Origin: Synechococcus elongatus PCC 6301
Lineage (GTDB): Bacteria; Cyanobacteriota; Cyanobacteriia; Synechococcales; Synechococcaceae
Assembly: GCF_000010065.1 (NCBI RefSeq)
Contig: NC_006576.1
Location: 450,001 to 482,000 of the forward strand
Direction: 5' to 3'
Length of the DNA stretch: 32,000 nucleotides
This document shows positions 15,245 through 22,366 of the stretch, piece after piece. Every line of letters begins with the position of its first letter. The stretch's first letter is position 1. Below the pieces are notes generated by a model. The model made no database searches and was not told where the DNA came from. It saw only the letters and a list, made by a program, of their open reading frames with translations. Both the position numbers and the translations under genes were made by a program.

Positions 15245-17389
15245 GTGAAATATGCATGTATTCGGCAACAAAGTGAAGAGGACTGTGGAGCGGCCTGCAT
15301 CGCAACAGTTGCAAAATACTATGGCCGTCACTTTGCACTCAATCGAGTACGGGAAATTGTCGGCACAGGTTCGCAGGGAACTTCTCTGTTAGGACTTCGT
15401 AGGGGTGCTGAATCTTTAGGATTCAATGCTCGTCAGGTAAGGGCTTCGTTGGAACTCATTGATCATTTAAAAGAAGCACCACTTCCAGCAATCATCCACT
15501 GGAAGGGTTATCACTGGGTGATTTTATATGGCCAAAGGGGAAAGCAATATATCATTGCAGACCCAGGGCTTGGCATACGCTACATCAATCGACATGAGTT
15601 ATTAACTAGCTGGAGTAATGGCGTTATGCTGCTACTTCAGCCAGATAGTGAGAAATTTTACAGTCAAGAAAATGATAAGAATGATAGCTGGATTCGCATT
15701 ATTCGACGGGTTTGGAACTTTAAAACACTCCTGATTCAAGTTGTCATCATTAATATTGTGATTGGTATTTTGGCACTATCAATGCCACTCATGATGCAGT
15801 TTTTAACAGATGATGTCTTGATTAGAAAGGATACACATCTCCTATTCACAGTTGCGATCGCAGTAATTGCGATGAATTTTTTTAGGAATATTATCAATCT
15901 AGTTCAATCTCATCTAGTTGGATATTTTGGCCAAAAGCTACAGCTAGATCTCATTTTGGAGTATGGTCATCGACTTCTCCATTTACCCATGGCTTATTTT
16001 GATAATCATCGCAGTGGAGAAGTGATTAGTCGAATTGGTGATATTCGGCGAATCAATGATCTAGTCTCAAAAATTGTACTTGGCCTGCCCAGCCAGTTCT
16101 TTATTGCCTTGATATCTCTATTCATCATGCTTCGTTACAGCTCAATTTTGACAGCTGCAGCGATTGCCGCATTTTTTGTCGTGACTCTTTTTAATTTAAT
16201 TTTTCTTCCTTTTTTACGACAAAAAAATAAGCAGCTAATTGCTGAATCGTCCGAGAATCAAGGCTTCCTTGTTGAAACTTTTCGTGGAGCTGTCTTGCTG
16301 AAGACAACTCAAGCGATCCATCAAGCATGGGAAGAGTATCAGCAAAACTTTGGCCGACTTTCTTTTTTATCTTGGGGAGCACTCAAGCTAGATATTTATG
16401 CCGGAACTACAACCGATTTTCTATCAACTATAACTAATGTTAGTATTCTCTGGCTAGGCAGTAGCTTGGTCATTGATGGCACGCTAAGTATTGGCCAACT
16501 GCTAGCCTTTAGTGGCTTTAGTGGTAACTTATTAGGCTTTTTATCTGGAACAGTTGCACTTGCTGACGAATTTTTAATTTCGCAGGTTGTCATTCAACGT
16601 TTATCAGAAGTTTTAAGTTCAACCCCAGAGGATACTATCTCCTCTCATAAGCCTTGGATTCAAATTCCTGATGATACTAACATCATCTGCAAGAATGTTA
16701 CTTTCCACCATCCAGGTCGTGTTGATCTACTGAGGAATTTTGATCTAACAATTCCAGGGGGCCTAGTCACTGCTCTAATTGGGCAATCTGGTTGTGGTAA
16801 AAGTACTCTTGCCAAGCTGATTTCTGGCCTCTATCATCTTGACTCTGGAAACATTCAATTTGGCATTTATAACCAACAAGACATTGCTTTAGATTGCTTA
16901 CGTCAACAGGTTGTTTTGGTTCCTCAAGATGCTCATTTCTGGAGTCGTTCTATTGTCGAAAATTTCAAATTTTCTCATCCCAATACATCATTTGAAAATA
17001 TAGTTAAAGCTTGTCGAATCACAATGGCAGATGAATTTATCAATGAACTTCCTGACAAATATCAAACCGTATTAGGTGAATTTGGGGCTAATTTATCGGG
17101 GGGGCAGAGGCAAAGGCTTGCCTTGGCAAGAGCGATTATCAATAATCCACCTGTCTTGATCCTTGACGAGTCTACTAGCGCTCTTGATCCCGTCATGGAA
17201 AGTCAGATCCTTGATAGCCTACTAGCATTTAGAAGAGGTAAAACGACAATTATTATCAGCCACCGGCCACGAGTAATTCAACGTTCTGATTGGATTGCAT
17301 TCCTTGAGAAGGGAGAATTAAAAGCTCAAGGACGTCCAAATGACCTGAAATCACTTGTTGGTGATCATCTTAAGTTTATTGCCCCTTAA
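15245..17389 (+). CDS. pteB: C39 peptidase-domain ABC exporter (bacteriocin/double-glycine peptide processing and export; PteB-like)
   Basis: The 714-aa ORF starts at GTG. The C39 catalytic residues are present: Cys in QQSEEDCGAAC, His in GYHWVILYG and Asp in IIADPG. A six-helix TMD region follows, then Walker A GQSGCGKST, signature LSGGQRQR, Walker B VLILDEST and H-loop ISHR. Confidence 0.92.
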   Translation: MKYACIRQQSEEDCGAACIATVAKYYGRHFALNRVREIVGTGSQGTSLLGLRRGAESLGFNARQVRASLELIDHLKEAPLPAIIHWKGYHWVILYGQRGKQYIIADPGLGIRYINRHELLTSWSNGVMLLLQPDSEKFYSQENDKNDSWIRIIRRVWNFKTLLIQVVIINIVIGILALSMPLMMQFLTDDVLIRKDTHLLFTVAIAVIAMNFFRNIINLVQSHLVGYFGQKLQLDLILEYGHRLLHLPMAYFDNHRSGEVISRIGDIRRINDLVSKIVLGLPSQFFIALISLFIMLRYSSILTAAAIAAFFVVTLFNLIFLPFLRQKNKQLIAESSENQGFLVETFRGAVLLKTTQAIHQAWEEYQQNFGRLSFLSWGALKLDIYAGTTTDFLSTITNVSILWLGSSLVIDGTLSIGQLLAFSGFSGNLLGFLSGTVALADEFLISQVVIQRLSEVLSSTPEDTISSHKPWIQIPDDTNIICKNVTFHHPGRVDLLRNFDLTIPGGLVTALIGQSGCGKSTLAKLISGLYHLDSGNIQFGIYNQQDIALDCLRQQVVLVPQDAHFWSRSIVENFKFSHPNTSFENIVKACRITMADEFINELPDKYQTVLGEFGANLSGGQRQRLALARAIINNPPVLILDESTSALDPVMESQILDSLLAFRRGKTTIIISHRPRVIQRSDWIAFLEKGELKAQGRPNDLKSLVGDHLKFIAP

Positions 17390-17430
17390 TTCCTTTGAAT
17401 TGAGTTATTTAATCTTGCTGGAGGCTCCCA

Positions 17431-19134
17431 ATGAACGTCAGCGATCAATTAATTAACTGCTATCTAGAAATTGAGAGAAACTACTTAAATGGTCATTTGG
17501 AAGCAGCAGAAGAATTATCAGATCAGCTAGTCAAACAACAACCCCAAAATCCTCATTTAAGACTTCTGAGAGGTCACATATACTATAGCCTTGGTGAATT
17601 AAAAAAGGCCCGATATGAATATGAGTTGACTAGGGGGTTGACTGCCGATGAAGATTTGATTGAACAGTCACTTAACGGCTTAGAGCGATGCGATAGTCTT
17701 CATCCTGACAGAGCTGCTAGCTCAAGCGATGCAACCATTATTTTTCCCCGTCATGCAGTCATTGCTGCTTCCAGTCTTGAGCAGTCTTTCTTAAAGAACC
17801 GGGTTGAGGAGGAGACTAGGGATTATCAGCTGACAACTCAAAATGCTGATGAACCGTCTTTGTCTAGTTTTTCTACTCCTACTTCTGATACTGCCAGTGT
17901 AATTCAAGTGGTCAGTGATGATGAGATTCCAGAAGATTTACATCTCTTGCAGGCTGATGAGTTTCTTCCCCCTGTTAACCATTGGTTTCAAATTGCAGGT
18001 ATCAGCTTAGTTCTGGGATTCATTGGGACAATTATTCTTACTTCATTTCTTAAGTATAAAGTCGTTGTTAAGGCACCTGCTCTAATTCGTCCGATTGGGG
18101 AAACACGGCTAGTTCAAGCCGCTGTTGAAGGTAAAGTCCGTCAGATTGCTGTTCGTTCTAACCAAGAAGTCCAGCAAGGTGATCCAATTATTGTTATTGA
18201 TGACTCGCAGCAAATTACCAAGCGAGACCAACTGATTGACAGTATTGCTAAAAATCAACTTAAACTTCAGCAGATTGAGTCTCAAAAAGCTGCGATCGCA
18301 GAGGAAATGCTAGCTGAATCCAATAAAGTAGCGCGGGGCATTGATGTGAATCAAGCTGATATTCAAACGGCAGAGGCTAACTTGGCGCTCGCAGCAGATG
18401 AATATTCTCGCTATCAAACTCTCTCTAATGCTGGGGCGATCGCTGATCTCTTAGTGCAAGAGAAGCTAGCCAGTTTTCGGGTAGCACAAGCCAATTTGAG
18501 CCGCGCGCGCGAGCTAACAGCTCAGACTGAGGAACAGGGTTTAGCCACCCAAGCAAGACTCCGACAGATGCAAGACCAGCTAGCTCAACAAGAATCGGAA
18601 ACGCTACAACAGATCAAAGTGGAGCAAAAAGAACTCCAACAAATGAATATCAACCTAGCAAATACTGTTGTTCGTGCCCCAATTTCTGGGATTATTCAGT
18701 CCATTAACCTGCGCAATCCTGATCAAGTAGTCGGCGTTGGCCAGGAAGTTGCCCGCATTTTTCCAACTCAGAGTGGCTTGACGATTAAAGCATTGGTTCC
18801 TTCACAGAACATTTTGCCCGTCGCACTAGGACAACGTGTGCAACTCCGGATTGCCGCCTGCCCCTATCCGGACTTTGGCACCCTTGATGGCAAAGTCCAG
18901 GCGATCGCACCCGATTCCGGCGGTTCATCTAGTTCGGCAGCACAGACCAATGAACCCGTTGCCGCGAATAGTCAAGCCTATGAAGTGACGATCAAGCCTG
19001 AAGATCGTTCTCTAACTGATGGTCAACGGGTTTGTAAAATCCGTCCTGGGATGGATGCCGAAGCCGACATTATTACCAATGAAGAGACGGTACTCAAATT
19101 TATGCTGAGGAAGGCTCGTTTGCTATGGCGATAA
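17431..19134 (+). CDS. HlyD-family membrane fusion/accessory protein with a 184-aa N-terminal TPR-like cytoplasmic extension
   Basis: The 567-aa ORF has ATG after GGAGG. The TM helix WFQIAGISLVLGFIGTIILTSFL starts at residue 185. It is followed by a typical HlyD lipoyl/coiled-coil/beta-barrel pattern (VVKAPALIRP...VEGKVRQIAV...GDPIIVIDD; VVRAPISGIIQSI). The N-terminus has a TPR-like LRLLRGHIYYSLGELKKARYEYE. Confidence 0.88.
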   Translation: MNVSDQLINCYLEIERNYLNGHLEAAEELSDQLVKQQPQNPHLRLLRGHIYYSLGELKKARYEYELTRGLTADEDLIEQSLNGLERCDSLHPDRAASSSDATIIFPRHAVIAASSLEQSFLKNRVEEETRDYQLTTQNADEPSLSSFSTPTSDTASVIQVVSDDEIPEDLHLLQADEFLPPVNHWFQIAGISLVLGFIGTIILTSFLKYKVVVKAPALIRPIGETRLVQAAVEGKVRQIAVRSNQEVQQGDPIIVIDDSQQITKRDQLIDSIAKNQLKLQQIESQKAAIAEEMLAESNKVARGIDVNQADIQTAEANLALAADEYSRYQTLSNAGAIADLLVQEKLASFRVAQANLSRARELTAQTEEQGLATQARLRQMQDQLAQQESETLQQIKVEQKELQQMNINLANTVVRAPISGIIQSINLRNPDQVVGVGQEVARIFPTQSGLTIKALVPSQNILPVALGQRVQLRIAACPYPDFGTLDGKVQAIAPDSGGSSSSAAQTNEPVAANSQAYEVTIKPEDRSLTDGQRVCKIRPGMDAEADIITNEETVLKFMLRKARLLWR

Positions 19135-19171
19135 TTGGCTTCAATTTCTTGAATCAATTATTGAAGCCAAT
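19134..19171. terminator. Perfect 12-bp inverted repeat between the convergent hlyD-like and ftrV genes
   Basis: ATTGGCTTCAAT (19134-19145) pairs with ATTGAAGCCAAT (19160-19171) around a 14-nt loop. It overlaps the hlyD-like stop codon. No canonical U-tract follows on either strand. Confidence 0.45.
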
Positions 19172-19184
19172 CAAAAATACATAT

Positions 19185-19406
19185 TTAGATGACCTCTAGC
19201 TCGAAGTCACGTAAATGTGCACGAAACTTATTGGAAAAGCTCACGAGATAGGGAAAGTTTGCACTAATGGGCTTACCATTCCACTCAGTTAGAATCGCTG
19301 CAATTTCGCCTTCCGCGTCTTTTAAGTCAAAGGCTTGATTTCGATGATCAGGATGGTGATACACCACCACTGATTCTTTGACTCGCACGCGATCGCCAAC
19401 GTTCAT
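19185..19406 (-). CDS. ftrV: Ferredoxin-thioredoxin reductase variable subunit
   Basis: The 73-aa ORF reads MNVGDRVRVKESVVVYHHPDHRNQAFDLKDAEGEIAAILTEWNGKPISANFPYLV. This closely resembles the cyanobacterial FtrV sequences I recall. Confidence 0.88.
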   Translation of the reverse strand: MNVGDRVRVKESVVVYHHPDHRNQAFDLKDAEGEIAAILTEWNGKPISANFPYLVSFSNKFRAHLRDFELEVI

Positions 19407-19544
19407 AACAGCTTAATGAGGCAGAGACGACAACACAGCTTGAGGCCCAGAGACCTGAGCACTGCTAGAAGCAACCTCTATCTTCCCATAGTCTCTGAGC
19501 TTGCTAGCAGAGAGCCATCATTCTGAGGAGCAGGGCCCAAGACT

Positions 19545-21359
19545 TTAACGATCGCTGGGCCCGACTGGAACACCTAGGTTGGGAGTTGGCTGCGTTGGAG
19601 CCGGGACAATCAAGCCAATGCCAGCACCTAAAAGCATGGCAAGGGCTATCGCCCCCAGCCAAGTTCGCCAAGAGAGATTGAAGCTAGGTTCAACCGCTCG
19701 ATCCACGATCTCAGGAGCTACTACTGTGTCCGCAGGCTTAGGTTCCTGAACGGTGGCGGTGGCGAGTGGCAGCTCCAATGGTGGCGACACAACTGGACTG
19801 ATTAGGCTCGGTGCGACCTCCGTCAGTTGGCAACAGAATGCTGCCACTGAAATATTGTCGTGTCCGGTCAGCTGGCGGGCGCGATCGATCCAGCGCTGGC
19901 CCCAGTCGGCCAACGATAATTCCCCTCGGAGCACAGCACCCACATCTACATGGCCAAGGGTCTCAACCAGACCGTAGTCACTCAGACCATCTGAGCAGAG
20001 CAGCAAAATGCCTGGCTCGAGGACGCGAAAGGATTGAACAGGGATCTGCAGTCCCGTCGAAGCCATCACCCCCATCGCCTGGGAGAGGGCAGCCCCTTGC
20101 GTTAAGCGCAGGGCCGAACGATAGGCTAGAAAGCCCTGAGTCACTGTCTGAGTAGCGACATCGTGGTCAAGGGTGAGTCGCTCTGTCAGGTGGGGAGTCA
20201 ACCAATAGGCGCGGCTATCCCCAATGTGGGCGATTGTCAGCTCGGGCTGGGGTCCTGGTGTTTTCAAAGCCAGAACGAGGGTTGTCCCCATGCGGGCTAA
20301 GACTTCTGCATCTTGTTGGTTGCGGCTGGCGATCAGATCGTTAATGATCCGCAGGCTGATGCGCAGTTGCTCAGCCAGGCTCTCCACAGGTCGTTCGGGC
20401 GCTTGACGATGCTCCAATAGCTGCGGGACTTGGAGTTTAAGACCAGCGATCGCAGTTTGGCTGGCTACTTCCCCACCCACATGACCACCGAGACCATCAC
20501 AGACCGCAATCCAATCTGGCTGTGGTGATTCGGCAAGGTCGGTTGCTAGGGGATAGCAACTGTCTTCGTTATCGCCGCCGCGCCAGCCGGGGTCAGTCAG
20601 GGCGATGGCCTCTACTGTCAAAGACTGCTGCTGGCTGTAGTGCTGCCACGCCTGCCGGAGGATGGCCTGACTCTCGGCTAAATCAGCCTCTGGGGTTTGG
20701 AGGCGCTGCACCATTGGGGCGATCGCAGCGGCAGCCTCGGGATGCAACAGCGGCAAGAGGCTCTTGAGGACCTGTCCCAAACGGCGCAAACTGGCTGGCT
20801 CAGTCTCTTGGGGATTAGCTATCCCCAGTGGATTCTCATGGTCGTCCAGCAACTCCAGCAGGCGCAACTCACCCGCACAAACGCGGATATTCATCAATTT
20901 CAGGACACTACTAGCCACGCCTTGGCAGATCAGGGGCTCCCACAACAGCAGGATCTGCTCAATCCAGTGAATTTGGAGGGCCGTTGAAGCTGTCTTAAGC
21001 GCATTGACAAGACTGGGCCAGAGATGACCTTCGCGATTGAGGGGAACGCGCTCGAGCAGAATTGCTGTTTCACCATCCTCTAAGGGCACCAGCGCATAGA
21101 GAGTGGGTAGGTGCCGCTGGTGCTCAAACAGCCAGAGGTAGGGTTGCAGAGATTCCGGTAGATGCTCTGGGAGCTGAGGCGGGCGATCAGGATCCAGATC
21201 AAACCAAATTTGGGGCGCTACAACTTGATAGCGATCGCTCACCCTCGTTCCTGGGGGCACCTGTGCTGCAGCGGCTCCACTGACCCAAAGAAACCGATTG
21301 GCAAGTGGCTCAACTTGACGCGGCAACGTATAGTGCTCTGCGAGAAAATTCTGGGTCAT
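19545..21359 (-). CDS. Membrane-anchored PP2C-family Ser/Thr phosphatase with an N-terminal kinase-like (probably pseudokinase) domain
   Basis: The 604-aa ORF has PP2C motifs in the middle: NEDSCY, IAVCDGLGGHVGGEVAS, LLLCSDGLSD and TGHDNISVA. The C-terminal TM helix is WRTWLGAIALAMLLGAGIGLIV. The N-terminal ~250 aa begins RVSDRYQVVAP, like a kinase N-lobe, but lacks the GxGxxG, HRD and DFG motifs. Confidence 0.85.
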   Translation of the reverse strand: MTQNFLAEHYTLPRQVEPLANRFLWVSGAAAAQVPPGTRVSDRYQVVAPQIWFDLDPDRPPQLPEHLPESLQPYLWLFEHQRHLPTLYALVPLEDGETAILLERVPLNREGHLWPSLVNALKTASTALQIHWIEQILLLWEPLICQGVASSVLKLMNIRVCAGELRLLELLDDHENPLGIANPQETEPASLRRLGQVLKSLLPLLHPEAAAAIAPMVQRLQTPEADLAESQAILRQAWQHYSQQQSLTVEAIALTDPGWRGGDNEDSCYPLATDLAESPQPDWIAVCDGLGGHVGGEVASQTAIAGLKLQVPQLLEHRQAPERPVESLAEQLRISLRIINDLIASRNQQDAEVLARMGTTLVLALKTPGPQPELTIAHIGDSRAYWLTPHLTERLTLDHDVATQTVTQGFLAYRSALRLTQGAALSQAMGVMASTGLQIPVQSFRVLEPGILLLCSDGLSDYGLVETLGHVDVGAVLRGELSLADWGQRWIDRARQLTGHDNISVAAFCCQLTEVAPSLISPVVSPPLELPLATATVQEPKPADTVVAPEIVDRAVEPSFNLSWRTWLGAIALAMLLGAGIGLIVPAPTQPTPNLGVPVGPSDR

Positions 21360-21415
21360 GAACGGCGGCGGGCCGAGGAGCTGGATTCACTGTAGCAGGC
21401 TCGTTCAAGGCTGTT

Positions 21416-22315
21416 TTAGGAAGGGCGATCGCGACTACAAAAGGATTCTGGCCCGCGATCAATCACCTGGCCACCCAAGTCCTGGCAAGCACGTTGCCAA
21501 GCCTCATAGTCAGGCAATCCCTGGGCTAAATATTGCCGGAAACGAGGCTCTAACTCTGCCTCACCGACCGTTTCAGCGATCGCCGTGCCATCTTCAGCCA
21601 CAGCAGCGGCATTGGGACGTTGCTGCGCCAGTTGCTGGATGGATTGCTGGGCCTGCTGGCGCAGAGATTGGGCCTGAGGTTGCCAGTAGGGATGATCACT
21701 CAGTGCAAGGAGAGCACGATCGACATCCCACCAACGAGCTTGGCTGAGGGCCGCCTGGGCTTGGGCGATCGCCTGACTGTCCTGTTGCCACTGCTGCTGC
21801 CACTGGGCCAAAAGAGCAGAAGCGGTTGGGGTCAGGGGGGTTCCCTCTGGCAGAGACTTCAGCAGTTGTTGGGCAGCTGACCAGTTGCCTGCTAGGAACT
21901 GTTGCTCCGCTTCGGTGCGCACTCGTTCGCTCCATTGTTGCGCCGCAGCTTGAGCCTTGGGCGCTTGGCGATCGCTCGTAGGAATCAGTAAGACTAGTTG
22001 CAGGGCTTGAGGGTATTGACCGGCAGCCGCTAGCTGTTGCGATCGTTGCCAACGACAGTTGTTGAGTAAGGGCTGAAGGGTTTGGCTATGTTCGAGGGGG
22101 GCCAGTTGTTGAAGACAGGACTCAAAGTTGCCTGCCACCAGCGCTTGTCGAGCCGCAGATAGGGCACGTTGCTGCTGCCACTGTTGCCAACCCCACCCAG
22201 CAGCTGGAACTGCGATCGCTACAGCAATCAGGCCTATTTGCCAGCGGTACCGAGAAATCGCCATGGTCTTGCTACGCAGATTGCCCACAGGCAGCTTAGC
22301 GAGTTCTGAAGCCAA
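21416..22315 (-). CDS. Hypothetical N-terminally membrane-anchored Gln/Trp-rich helical-repeat protein
   Basis: The 299-aa ORF has the TM helix WQIGLIAVAIAVPAAGWGW and an alternative start MAISRYRW at 22264. About four TPR-like units follow (e.g. AGQYPQALQLVLLIP, AGNWSAAQQLLKSLP). The C-terminal ~60 aa contain two Cys. I recognise no family. Confidence 0.55.
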   Translation of the reverse strand: MASELAKLPVGNLRSKTMAISRYRWQIGLIAVAIAVPAAGWGWQQWQQQRALSAARQALVAGNFESCLQQLAPLEHSQTLQPLLNNCRWQRSQQLAAAGQYPQALQLVLLIPTSDRQAPKAQAAAQQWSERVRTEAEQQFLAGNWSAAQQLLKSLPEGTPLTPTASALLAQWQQQWQQDSQAIAQAQAALSQARWWDVDRALLALSDHPYWQPQAQSLRQQAQQSIQQLAQQRPNAAAVAEDGTAIAETVGEAELEPRFRQYLAQGLPDYEAWQRACQDLGGQVIDRGPESFCSRDRPS

Positions 22316-22366
22316 TCTGAGCGCTGTCGATCGGGATTGCTATCGGTCTGTACGAGCTATCTCAGA

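Larger units (their letters stand above)
13392..18300. other. AT-rich, HIP1-depleted compositional island, probably horizontally acquired
   Basis: My hand counts on sampled 60-nt lines give 28% (13621-13680), 32% (15721-15780) and 33% (17461-17520) GC. Flanking lines give 58% (12901-12960) and 60% (18841-18900). I saw only three GCGATCGC sites in ~4.9 kb (15016, 15156, 15854), against two within the 519-nt ChaC-like gene. The left edge is sharp at the ChaC stop. The right edge is gradual and lies inside the hlyD-like gene. Confidence 0.8.

Noticed and set aside
13392-19175. Island as an integrative mobile element (phage, ICE or transposon)
   Set aside because: There is no integrase, transposase or recombinase gene. 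I found no flanking direct or inverted repeats. The only tRNA gene is about 13 kb away. The region is compositionally foreign but shows no mobility machinery in this window.
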